From: Epiperipatus broadwayi
Lineage: Eukaryota; Animalia; Onychophora
Direction: 5' to 3'
DNA length: 64,000 bases
NCBI GenBank assembly: GCA_028023455.1
Contig: JAQFVV010000005.1
Location: 11,780,001 to 11,844,000, forward strand
Each line of letters begins with the position of its first letter. The stretch's first letter is position 1. Below are positions 51,898 to 64,000 of the stretch, piece after piece. The translations under genes and the position numbers were made by a program. The notes under the pieces were generated by a model. It was not told the origin of the DNA. It searched no databases and saw only the letters and a program-made list of their open reading frames with translations.

Positions 51898-54474
51898 ATG
51901 GATGAACGTCAGCCGAGAAGGCCGAAAATTAGTACAAGAAAATTTATCGAAAATTACTTAAATTTCGGTTTTAGGTGGACAGGGGACAAAGATTCCTCAT
52001 TGCCTTTATGTGTTGTATAAATAAATCATCAACTCTGTTCCAAATGTAAATATCCAACAACACATAAATATTATACAGAGATAAAAAAATAAATACGAAT
52101 TTACCAAGCATTTTTGGTACTGTGTTGTATGTGGACATTCAAAAACAAACGGTACATGGTTCCTAGCAAATTAAAATGGCTTTGGAAAAAGTTTACTCAA
52201 ATTTGATGTCCGTCGACAAAAAGTATTTTGAAAGATTAATGACAAATAGTGCCAAACAAATTCTAAAAGGTAATAAGGGTACCTGATAAAGCACAAATTG
52301 CCTCCCATGAGATAGCCCAATTTATTGCAGGAAAGGACGAAACCTCATTCAATTACAGAAATATTAATTGGTCCCATTCGCCATATAATTGTGAAAAAAA
52401 TGTTTGGCAAAGAAGCTGAAGTAAATAAAATTCCTTCCTTCAACGATATTATTAGTTGAAATCATTGATATGTCAGAAAATGTAATCAAAAATATTCAAC
52501 AGAAACGGAATAGCCAAATTTTTGTGCTACAAATAGATGAATTGACAGATATCAGCGGAAAAACACAATGGGATTTGTTCAATTTATTAACAGGGATTCA
52601 CTTATGAACCAATTTTTATTTTGTCAAGAATTGCCAGAAAAAACAAAAGGAGGAGAAATATTTAATTGCATCTACAATTTTTTCAAAAATACAAACTTAA
52701 CATGGGATTTCAGTACAGGCATTTGTACAGACAGTGCTCCATTGATTAATGGTGGGACATGAGAAAGATGTCTGAAGGTTTGCAAAACAAAAAAAAAATC
52801 AGATATTGTTTCCTTTCCACACATTGCATTATTCACAGAGAAGCTTTAATAGCAAAAACTCTTCCCATAGAATTAAACACTGTTTTGGATGATGTGGTAA
52901 AAATAGTTAACCATCTTAAAAGCATACTTTGTATAATCACAATTATTCAAAGAATTATGTGATAGCATGGAAGCTAATTACAAGTGTTATTATTGCATAA
53001 TGAAGTTTGCTGTCTTTCCAGATGAAGAGTTTTGACTTGTGTATTTGAATTAAGAGAAGACCTTTGTATACTTTTTAAAGAAGAAACAAGGAGAGAGAAA
53101 TATTTGAATTAAGAGAAGACCTTTGTGTATTTTTTAAAGAAGAAACAAGGAGAGAGAAAAAAAGAATATTATGTAAAAAATTTTACGATTGTTTGAGCAA
53201 TGAAGTGGGTAAGCAGAGCTAGTTTACCTAGAACAGGAGTATCCAACCCTATGCCCAGGGGCACCATGTCGCTCGCAGACCATTTTACGTGTGCCCGCCG
53301 CTATCCAAACACTATAAAAAATTATTTATCTGATACAAATAAATTTAATTTTTCTTATAAATTATTGTATTATATTGTAATCAAATTGTAGGTCATACTA
53401 TACTTTTACAGCGTAAGAGTCCATCATTAACAATATCCAATTATAAATTTACATTGAAAAAATAAATAGTGCCTGCCACCTGGCCAGTATTATAGAATGT
53501 GCTCTTAAGTGTAAAAAGATTGGGGACCGCTGACCTAGAACATATATTTGCACATCTTAACATTTTAAATACACAAGGACGAAACAAAAACATCTTAACA
53601 TTGACAGATAAATTAATTGTATTTAAGAAAAAGTTATGTCTATGGATGAAAAACATTGATGAAAATAGTTTAGCCTAGTTCCTCAAAATTCCTGAATATA
53701 AAATAAATTTTCTTGCACCATTGGTGAAAAACCATTTGCATATGCTTCAGAAGGTAATTAATAAATATTTTCCTTCAATCCAAACAGATAAACATGATTT
53801 GATTCAAAATCCTTTTGTTGACAATACATCAGACTTCAATCTTGGCTTTCTTTCTCATCTGATCAAACATTAAAAATAAAACATTTGGAACTTCCACTGG
53901 ATAGTTTTTGGATATTATTAAGAGATAAATATCCAAAGTTATTTAAAATAGCAATAAATATTTTATTGCAATTTTCTACATCACATTTATGCGAGTTAGG
54001 ATTTTCAACTCTCACTAATATAAAAAATAGTAACCATCATGATTGAAAAATCTCAAGGACAGACTGAGAGTTGCTCTGTCTGAAATAAGATCGGATATAG
54101 AAGAACTAACAACACTTTCTCAATCACATACTTCATATTAATTGTCATTTTCTTACAAAAATTCTGTTGATTTGCATCAAAGTATTAAATAATAGTCAAA
54201 TTAAAGCTTTGTTCATATTATTTTTATTTTTTATTTTAAGACAGTAATTGTATGTGCCTACTTGTAATTTTTTTATACAAAATTATTGTATGCGTACAAA
54301 TATTAATAATTAAAAGTTTATTTATTTATTAACTAACTCACGAAACACTTTTTTGCTTAATAGCGTGTTTCATCATGGTTTGTACCTCAAAATTAAAAGT
54401 TCTGTTTAAATTGTCTTTTGTTTTCATTTATTTAGAAGAAAGGTTCCGCGAGAGTAAAAGATTGAGAAACACTA
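51898..54474 (+). mobile_element. hAT (Buster/Charlie, ZBED5/SCAND3-like) transposon with pseudogenised transposase
   Basis: RKFIENYLNFGFRW, QIDELTDISG, CTDSA, HCIIHREALIAK, LHNEVCCLSR, YLEHIFAHLN and FSTSHLCELGFS; stop at 54139-54141. 3' TIR-like AAAAGATTGAGAAACACTA. Frameshifts, a 102-bp insertion, a nested MITE and a 59-bp tandem duplication (53042-53159). 5' TIR not found. Confidence 0.9.
53234..53532. mobile_element. hAT MITE nested in the transposase fossil
   Basis: TIRs CAGGAGTATCCAACC and GATTGGGGACCGCTG; 8-bp TSD ACCTAGAA at 53226-53233 and 53533-53540. The transposase frame resumes after removing it. Confidence 0.9.
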
Positions 54475-54475
54475 G

Positions 54476-54730
54476 TTTAGATGATTAGAGCTCACTGTAG
54501 ATTCAGTGTTATTCCTGAATGTAAAAGTTTCAGTTGCGATTCCCATATCAGTTGTTAAGCTAGCAAACATGAAGAAGAGGGGTGAATAATACCATTCAAA
54601 AAATATTGTGTCACATACTGATTTATATGCTATTATTAACAGCTGAATGTATTTGAAAAGTTTAAAGTTGAATTTTCTAAAGACATTTAACAATTGTAGA
54701 TGATGGAAATAATCCAACATACAATTATAC
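54476..54730 (+). mobile_element. Family E copy (tRNA head, degenerate hammerhead, tail)
   Basis: GATTAGAGC..GCGATTCC head, AAACATGAAGAAGAG..ATATTGTGT core remnant, then the family E tail to AATCCAACAT. Confidence 0.55.
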
Positions 54731-54789
54731 AAACAGTTAATGCCCCATATTATTTTTAAATAAACTTTTGAGAAATTATTGTGTATTAT

Positions 54790-55002
54790 AATACCATCAC
54801 ATCATACAGTGGCAATCTGTGAAGTCTGCACTATTTGCATAGTATCGCGAAGCATATCAGTGAGCCATCTAGGCCTGCTAATGGCTAATATGAACAGAAC
54901 TGCTATATACGTAAGTTCGGCAGTGTAAATGGTATATTTCTGTGTTTTTGCACAGAAACAGCACCGCCAAGTGATGTACAGTGGCTATTTAACAAGAACC
55001 TT
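54790..55002 (-). mobile_element. Degenerate end of a Merlin-like element related to 59365-60183
   Basis: Contains the subterminal hairpin motif AATGGTATATTTCTGTGTTTTTGCACAGAAAC (54928-54959), then CGCCAA and a decayed TIR-like end. Left boundary is approximate. Confidence 0.45.
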
Positions 55003-56102
55003 ATAATATTTTTTGATTAGTATAAGTGATGCAATATACTGTATATATATATTTTTGATTACAAATGCATCAACAATTACAGGCAGTAAATTTTATCATT
55101 TAAAATATAATTTTATTAGTAATATAATAAATCTATTAATACTGTAATATATATTTTAAAAAATACTTAGCAAATTTCATAATTAATGAATAAATATAAA
55201 ATTAATAATATTAAAAATCTTACAATTCTTTATATTTTTGTGAGACTGATTTCTTAACTTTATTGCATTTCATGATATTTTGATTATATGGCTATGTATA
55301 TCTTTGAGATCATGTAAACTGAACTTTCTTTGCAAATTATATCTGAAGTAACTGTTTAAAAGTTCAATATAGCAAGAAAAAAGCATGGACGTGTTAGAAG
55401 TATGCAAACTATCCAATCAGGATTTCACTATTTTTTTATAGGTGATTTACTTCCATGAGTACTGAATGAGTAAATAAATGCCTCACCAACTTTTAAATCT
55501 AATTTGATTTGTAAGCCTTTTTTAATATAAGCTCACATTTGACTATGATTATTGCTAAATTTTTGCATATTAATTACAATGATAATTAATTTGGGGACTA
55601 ATCTTTAATTTTTAGCTCATTGATAATTATGATGGGTTTATAGATTGCAGTTCAGTTAACACTTTAAAAATTGGATTTAAAATTTTACCTTGCAAATTTT
55701 ATATTTGTCTATTTTTATTTTATTTATTTTAAATGTTGCTCTTGTCTTTTAAATAAATCTTGTGTTTAAGATTTGCAGAGGTCTCTACTGTCATTTTTTC
55801 AGGCACATAATCTTAAGGTTGTAACCTTAATAAATATTAATAAGAATTAGAAATTTGTTAGAAAAGTCATAATTATTGTTGAATCATTCATTAAAACTTA
55901 TTTAAATTATAATTGTAATTTATCAGCATTGTAATGTATCATACAAGAATCGCTTGAAGAAAAAAAAATAATTATATTTTTTTAATGATGTGCATCAAAT
56001 ATAATTATGAATTTGATCAAATCTAAGAGTTATTTCACACAATTCTTTTGTCAAGAATGGACAAATTCTATTTACTAATTTGGTAGTTTTCTATTCTATC
56101 GT

Positions 56103-56229
56103 GGACTCTTTCTGTGTTTTATCGTAGAAAGAAACCTCATAGGTTGATAAGGCTGCCGCCCAACCATCCGCGAGGACTCTTTCTGTGTTTTATCATAGAA
56201 AGAAGCCTCTTAGGTTGGGTGAGGCCGCT
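56103..56229. repeat. 71-bp tandem duplication
   Basis: GGACTCTTTCTGTGTTTTATC.TAGAAAGAA.CCTC.TAGGTTG..AGGC starts at 56103 and 56174. Confidence 0.85.
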
Positions 56230-57785
56230 GAAACGGTATATTTCTAGGAATTGACATAGAAATAGCGTCATCATATGGCTGACACGATAGAATAGAAAAC
56301 AACCACTAATTTGAATAACAATTTTAACATGATGTTCCCAGTTATTTGAAAAAAACTTAGTAAAACCAAGTCTGATAATCAGTAAAGAAAAAACAGAAAA
56401 TAAAGTTAAAGAGATAAATGCCAAGTTATTTTTGATGGCTTATTTTGTAAAAAAATGATGTAGAAAAGCAACTATTTTTCTTATTAATCTTTATTGTAGT
56501 AATTTAATTAACTTTAAATTTACAAGTTCATAATTCAATTTTCTTTCCAAATTTCATCCAGTTTTCATAAAAAATAATCTATAAGATTTTACAATTCCTC
56601 TTTACTTTTTATATCATATTTTATTTTCATGATTTCACATGCATAAATATTTTATTATTTTTTCCATGCTTTGACTATTTTCATAAGATCAATGCCAAGA
56701 TAACTTGTATCTCTCCAGTTCTTTTAACATACATAGAAAAAAATAAAATGTTTATTATTGTGAACATAATGAAAAAAATGTAAGTTAAGAAACTACAGAT
56801 TATAGTGAGGCTTTTTAATCATTAAGAATCTTTACAGTGGGATGTGAAATACATGCGTTTATATTTTATTTTCATTTTGAAAAGATTACAGAAATAGAAT
56901 AGTGAATCCTTTTTTTCTGCTTGTTCTATTCAGCATAATTACTTTAAGGATTAAACTTTAAAACATGATAAAATTTATTGAAATGTTAGGGCTTTTTTTT
57001 TTTCAGAAATTCAAGAAGTTATATCATAAGGACAGACAGTTGTTATGGTTCCAAGAGTTTTAATAAATCAGGTAATTTTAGTAATCACTTGAAATACTTA
57101 ATACTTTCCATAGTTAAGACAGACGTTGATTCTCTAATCTATGATAAAAGTTTAGACGTAATACCCACATTAAGTTCCCTGGAATCTATCACACTTTTTG
57201 CATATTCAGAACATTTATTTTCTCAAACAGCTTCACCTATTTAAATAGAAAGTAGGTTGAAGTAAAGAAGGGTTCCCCTCTTTTCTACCATAGCGTAAGC
57301 TTGTGGTTAAAACACCTGTAGAGGTCCCTACTATCGCATTTTATACGCATATTATCGAGGTTATAACCTCAGTAAATATTATTTAATGTTTATACTAATT
57401 TTTTTTTAAATTATGAATTTGATATTTCCTTGCCTCATATATTTAAAGAATTTTTAAAAAAAATAATAATGTTTTAAAATGCTTGCTGCATTTTAGTCTG
57501 CTGTTTTATTATTAAGTGGTGAGATAAAATATTTATTACGGTTTAATAGACAGAAGAAAAATTGAAATGGTACAAAGAATTAAAATTTTTGATAGGGGGG
57601 AAAAGTATAATTAAGCGATCATCATTTTTCTTAATAAAAATTGTAAATAACAAAAACATCAGAAAATAAGTGTAAAAAAATGATAGAATATAAATAATAT
57701 CATTAACAAATTTTATGAATTTAAATAAAAGGAAGATAACAGAAAGCAATATATTGCATCATAAAGATTGATATAAGAAATATTT

Positions 57786-58250
57786 GCCTGAAAGTTTGTG
57801 ATGATATATTAGATGTGGTAATATATTCGATTACTTTCATCATCTATCAGTAAATGTCGAATATATAGAAAATTTTAAACTTTATTTAAACTTTTCAAAT
57901 ACAAACAGCTTGTTAGTAATAACACACAAATAGACAACACAGGTTAGTAATTACGCAACGTAGTCTCCATTTTCCTTCAGGTGTTGCTGACCTGACCAAT
58001 GACAATATTAGCATAGAAGTCGAACTTACACCTTTAGATTCTTGAATATCAAATTTTAAAGCAATTCGCTAACCAGCAACACCTGAAGAAGAGTGGAGAA
58101 TAATACTTGAAACATTGTGTAATTACTAACTTGTGTTGTCTATTTGTGTGTTATTATTAACAAGTTGTTTGTATTTGAAAAGTTAAAAATTTTCTATACA
58201 TTCAACATTTACTAATAAATGATGGAAATAGTCCAACATTTTATCACATC
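57786..58250. mobile_element. Family E inverted-pair insertion
   Basis: 17-bp TSD TGATATAAGAAATATTT at 57769-57785 and 58251-58267; ~190-bp inverted arms. tRNA-like head on the minus strand (GTTCGACTTC B box); hammerhead-like core at 58079-58120 (+). Confidence 0.8.
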
Positions 58251-59364
58251 TGATATAAGAAATATTTATTAGAAAAAATAATAATAATTGGAATATGGAA
58301 AGGTGGAAAAGAAAAAATTGAGTGCGGATGTCATAAATGAAACATGGAAACTGTTCTTAGAAAAGAGTGATAATAAATATTAAAAAAAAAACTAATAGAG
58401 TACAGTGTATAGATATTTAGAAAAAGATAATCTTTAGAAAATTTTGGAAATATATTAAATATGAAAATTTTTATAAAAAATAAAAGTAATAAATAACAAA
58501 GGGAAAGAATGTACAAATAGAAAAGGCATAGAAAATTTAAACAATTAAAATATTAGTCTAAAAAATAAATCTGATACTAATATTAGAGATAACTGATGAA
58601 AGAATTGTAATGTCACAAGAGATGGATTTGTTAGTTTACATATCCAGAATGAAATTAAAGATTTCACCAAATATCTACAAGGCATTACTAAGAATAGATT
58701 ATTGTAGTAATGAGAGAAACTAATGCTTGTGGGAAAAGTTTTAGGAAAAACATAAATGATTAAAAATAAATACTTTTAAGTCCTAGATAACTAAGATTGG
58801 AATACATTATATATTATCAATGATTAATAAGAAATTTATAAAATTAGATATACTTGATTGATTATAGATTGGCTTATATGCTTGAAAAAGAAAAGATTTT
58901 TAATATATATATATATATTGCAGTACTGCTTTTATCTAAATCATATTTGAAACTATATAGAAACTGCTGACCATGTAACAAAAAGTGGAAAGGTTTATTT
59001 TTTGGAATTAACAGCTAGATTGAAAGCCAAATCATAAACTGTATGGTAAAAGATTGTAAGAGACTTAGAATATATGATAGAATTAATGAGATAAAGAAAT
59101 TTGAAGATCTAATGTAGTGAAACCAACTTTATAATGAACTAAATTTGAAAATTGCAAAGAATTGATGATAGTAAAAAATGCTGATTGTAAAATTTTATTG
59201 GTCTTGACAAATCATCCTTCAACTATCCATTATTTGTATTTAAAATTAATTACATTCATAAATAAGCATATATTCATTAAACTATATATATATAAAAACA
59301 TTAAACCAGTAATGATTTTTAATATTGGATGTGCTTCATAAGTCAATTCTACCAAACTATTTTC

Positions 59365-60183
59365 GGTACTCATCGTTTAGACAGGCCAGCGCTTGTTTGG
59401 CGTTATTTCTCTGCAAAAGCACAGAAATATGCCATTTAGGCAGCCACCTCCGGCTATTTTATAGCCAGGACAGTCGTTTGCTGATGTGATTTCTGTGCAA
59501 AAGCAAAGAAATGTGCCATTATTCGCTTGATTTCCATGTGAATAACATCGTACATAGTGGTTATGATACACTGTTATGCAGTTTATCCGTAAGCTAAGTA
59601 TTAAAAGTTTAATATGAGTTGAGGGTAGGTGTACTTTAAGTTACCATAACTCTTTAAATATTGTTTTTCAAATAATCATCTTATAAGTGAAGTGGCGTAG
59701 TATTGTGTCCTAAAAATTGTGTGGCGATGTCTTCACAAATACGAAGATTTGTTTGAGGCCATTCTATTCAAAATGTCACTTCCAAAAACAGACAACACTA
59801 GCACACACTATATTTTTGTTGTGTTTATTATTTTTGTTTTAAAAAAGTTTTTGTTTGACCCAATTTTACAAAACAGTTATTTATAAATATATTATTTTAC
59901 CAAAAAATGTTCATTGGTAAATTGTTAATGTTCGTTAATCAATTATTTACAATTACACTGTTATTTATAAATAAAATTTTATTAAATAATGTTTGTATTT
60001 TGCAGAAAATAATTATATTTTACCAAAAATATTCTAATTTACAAATAAAATTATTATTATAATGTTCGATATTAAGTTGCCGATCGTAAATAGTTTAATA
60101 AATGTCGGCCCGGAATAGTAATAATATTTTTTTAACAGATAAGAACACCACTAAGCGGCTGGCCTGCCTAAACGATGAGTACC
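59365..60183 (+). mobile_element. Non-autonomous Merlin-like DNA transposon (819 bp)
   Basis: TIRs GGTACTCATCGTTTAG(A/G)CAGGCCAGC starting 5'-GG; 8-bp TSD CTATTTTC at 59357-59364 and 60184-60191. Remnant YCVLKIVWRCLHKYEDLFEAILFK at 59701-59772 resembles the ISXO2/Merlin transposase C-terminus. Confidence 0.8.
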
Positions 60184-61193
60184 CTATTTTCATTATTATA
60201 TTAAAATCAAACATACCACCCTTTGATAACATACAACATAGAGAAATTACATATTATGTTCTTTTCATTATTTTTCCTTTAAATGACTAATAATAATATA
60301 GTACCACAAAATATTAACTTCATATTTAGTGCAATAGAAGACATCTTAGTAATTTATATCATATATTTGTTAAGTTTAATAGCCATTAATTTTAAGAACA
60401 TTATTAATATTAATTAAATATGTCATCTTTAACAATTATGTTAAATTATTCTACTTATTTAATTGTTCAACTTATCATATTCAATTTTATTATTGTTTGA
60501 TAGTCATTTTGTTTAAATTATTTTGAACCACTTGATTGATGTTGAATTCTGTGAAAAATTTATTAACTGTGATGCTGTATTTCATTCATTATATCTTACA
60601 TTTAAGGGAATCATCACATCCGTATTAGATGAATTTTTTTTCATTGATCAGAAAACAATTTTCACAGGTTTCATTTGTAAATACGCTTCTCAACAAAGTT
60701 AATGTTAAATAAAACAAATAAGTTTGATGTCTATTTCAAATTTTTTTAATGAATTAGTGATCCATTCTGCACAATTTTATCTACTAAATAAAATTTGTTT
60801 GTTCTTACCTTTTTTGAAATTGAGAGAGTTCAGAATTAATATTCCATTCAACTGTTTGTTTATTGGCTATAGATGTGTTTCTGGAGCCTTTATACTGTTA
60901 TTCAATTGTCCTGATTTAGCTCAGGAATAGTGACAGGTATAAGTAATACTTCCTAAATTGAAACTGAAGAAGCTACTTCTCGTGCTTTATCAAATAGGAT
61001 ATCTGAACAACTTAACATTGAATTAGTTTATTATATCTACTAAATTATTGAAGAAACATTGGGATATTTGATTCTACCATGGTTAATTTTATTGTATTGT
61101 TTTTTTTCATTTAATGTGATAGATGTTTTTAAGTAATTATGAAACAGGTTCTAGTATGAGAAAAGAATTGAAATTATTGTAAATTTGTCTGAA

Positions 61194-61455
61194 CCACTAA
61201 ACATCACATGATCATCATCTCTTATACTAGCACATAATTGTTGTAAACAAAGGCAAAACTCTCCATACAGTAGTGCCACCTGTGCCAACCAGAGTAATCA
61301 ATGGATGCCAGAAGGCTCCTCACTGATGATAGCCACAAGCCGGAAACTAGTCTGGGGATATTGGATGAGTAGGCACTAGATAGGGATTTTATGCACAAAC
61401 CTTCTGGCATCCATTGATTACTCTGGTTGGCACAGGGTGGCACTACTGTATGGAG
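61194..61455. mobile_element. Family B copy 6, internally inverted
   Basis: 13-bp TSD AAATTTGTCTGAA at 61181-61193 and 61456-61468. About 120 bp forward, then ~140 bp inverted, with a ~55-bp segment present in both arms. Confidence 0.85.
61317..61358 (+). ncRNA. Family B hammerhead with intact core but weakened helix II
   Basis: UCCUCA CUGAUGA U AGC CACAA GCC G GAAA CUAG UC|UGGGGA; A-C mismatch in helix II, and the 5' strand of the helix I extension is lost at the inversion junction. Confidence 0.65.
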
Positions 61456-64000
61456 AAATTTGTCTGAAACATGATTAAAACCTATCTGCTATTATGAAAT
61501 ATTTGTTTTCAATATGAATTATATTGTTTCATAAATAATTTTGTTTTAGATGCAAAAAAATCTCTACCAAGATTTGATCAAGCCACTGTCTATGAAATTC
61601 AGTAAAGCTATCTAATTAAGTATTAATTTGTTTTATACTGAAGCAATAAATTGGATTTTAGAATATGATTAAAGTTTTATATGAATATTAAAGCAAATGA
61701 TTTAGCCTAAGCTTATGATTCAGTATTGTCTGTACTCAATTTGAGGATAGAAGGTTGTGATTCATATCCACATAAGGAATTAATAGAGATCTTAATATTT
61801 GTTTATAAAATGGGAAAGATTTATATAATAAAAATTGTGTATATGTAAATAGATATTTATAAAAATAAATATTTAAAAAAAAAAAAAAATTAAATAAACT
61901 AATAGGTAAATAAATTTTTATTGAATTTTAAATTATTATAAAATCATAATTAATTATTAATGGATTTGAATCATTATATAAAAAATGAATAAATAATTTA
62001 TAAATACACAAAATAATGTATACCTAAACAATATTCTAGTTGTAATAGATCATGAATGGTAACTTCACGACAACTGTTTTAATTTCATTACATTTGTAAA
62101 ATCAAACAAATCTTAATGTTTGCTCAAATTTTGAAAATATATTTTTTCATAACTAAGGGAATGAAACCATACATAAATTTATTTCCAACAAAATACATAC
62201 TCAAAAAAAAAAAAAAGATTATTGCAAAAATTATACATAAATAGTAAGTGAATTCTAAAACTTTAATCACATTTTTATGAAAAAAATAAGTGAATAGATT
62301 CTTCCACTAACACAAAAATATCATACTTTCTTTAATGTTAAAGCATATGTTCAACTATAGTTTTTTTGATGTCATTAAGTGACTTCATTGTTCAATATTT
62401 ACGATTTAATGATTCTAGTTTTTTTCTAAATATGATCATTAATTTATTTATATTTTTATTGCCCTCTTTTTCTCTAAGGTAAATATGGAAAAACAACATA
62501 AGCCCAATTTTAATTAACCACTAATTGCAACTAAAATATAAATTAGGTTATGTAGTTATCCAAAAATCAATTCACAAATAAACAACTCTCCAGTGATCAC
62601 TAAATGATTAACATCCCCACCCCTATTGCTGACTTCAAAACTGGATGAAAAAATAAAGGGCATTATTGCTACTGTTCATATTATGAGTGAATTTAGTTTC
62701 AATTAGCAGCATAAAAATTATTTTAAATATTTTGCCTTTAACCTTGAGGTTGTCATGCTTTTAAGTTAGCTTTATCTATTAGTCAAATCCCATTCTTAGA
62801 TCACCACTACGTTCATTTTGGAATATCTTCATTAATAAAAGATCTTTAAGAAACTATTAAAAGATCCAGTCCCTTTCACTATCTATATTGCCATAAAAAT
62901 TGCTATCTTTAAATAACAAACCCATCTTTTTATTTACTATGGAAGGAATTAAAGAATGTAGTTCATAATGAATTGTATCAAATCAATTAGAATGCTATTG
63001 TTTTTTTACTTCTTAAGATTATTGAGTTTTTTTTTGTGTGTGCTCCTTTAAATATATTTGAATGAGAAACATTTTCCAGTGTTTCTCTTGTGAGACTGGC
63101 TATAGCAACAAGACTAATTTGTATGGTAGTCTTAATTTATTTAATGTATCACAAAGATTACACTCATTCCATAAACTTTAGGATGCCAGCATTGGAAAAA
63201 GGTGTTTGAGACTAAGTAACATAAATTATGCATTAAGTGAAACAAATTTGAAAGAGTTTATGTTTATAGTTGTCTACTTTTATTGAAATTCATTAATTGT
63301 ATATTGTCAATAATATCTGATAGGAGTCTCCAAGCATTATGTAATTAAATATCAGCAAATTAATATTTGTAATATTATTGAGTTAAATATCATTGCTCTG
63401 ATATTTTTCTTATGTGCCATTATATTGAAGACCACTATCTGAAAAAAAGAAGTAAGGTAATGAGTCTATTTTTAAAATGAAACAAGCAATCTACAAATAG
63501 CAAATGAATGATCTTAAATTATACAAAGTACTAACAGAAAGAATCTATGTAAAAACAGATGTTTTACTTTTCTCAGTAGTTAATGAATCTTACAAGTACC
63601 AGGAATTTCTTTCTTTTAAATAGTTTTATATTCAATGAATGAAACTTCAGGTAAAATGTAGAACAAATGGATAGTAACCATGAACTGTGAGTTCTTTAAT
63701 AGAATCTTACTGGTGCTCTTCCTTTGCTCTTTATTCTAATACATTATTTTAAACTTATGTTTCATTCTCTCTTCAACTCCTAATATTGGTAAATTTATCT
63801 AGAATTATCTCATTGCTTCCATGGAAGGATAGCCTAACACTGTTCACTTCCATAGCAACTAAAGGTAATTCAACATTTATTTTGAGACAAAGAACAAACA
63901 TTATTGAATTTAGTTCCTTGGAAGAGACAAAACTGTAATGTCTTTTTATTTTGAGAGGAGAATCAACAGTCCCCAAAAAGGAAGCACTAGCAGAATAAGA

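Noticed and set aside
59377-59571. Cys-rich 64-aa ORF with repeated NGxFLCFCxEIT, superficially toxin- or defensin-like
   Set aside because: It starts at GTG with no signal peptide, lies inside the TIR/TSD-bounded transposon, and the repeat is just the duplicated DNA hairpin motif.
63773-63976. 67-aa ORF near a donor-like site at the window end
   Set aside because: No recognisable domain and insufficient context.

Overview
Very AT-rich, CpG-depleted animal genomic DNA (probably arthropod; the species cannot be determined from the sequence). The only clear host coding sequences are two paralogous single-ORF C2H2 zinc-finger genes on the minus strand (2946-3890 and 45048-46301). The rest is mostly transposon-derived: RTE-type LINE fragments, a Penelope GIY-YIG remnant, hAT fossils and MITEs, a Merlin-like element with intact TIRs and TSD, and tRNA-derived SINEs. 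The main result is a set of small non-coding retroelements carrying type I hammerhead ribozymes (retrozyme-like). Family A is a ~473-bp tandem array (23575-25669) with one hammerhead per monomer. Family B has a ~455-bp unit and six dispersed copies, two with intact hammerheads. Families C, D and E carry more degenerate hammerhead-like cores, and E fuses the core to a tRNA-derived head. Most copies are flanked by 10-17 bp target-site duplications and have an inverted segment. The family A array shares one 10-bp target site, present three times, with an adjacent 5'-inverted RTE LINE, which suggests RTE machinery mobilises these ribozyme RNAs. All folds were done by eye and ribozyme activity is untested.
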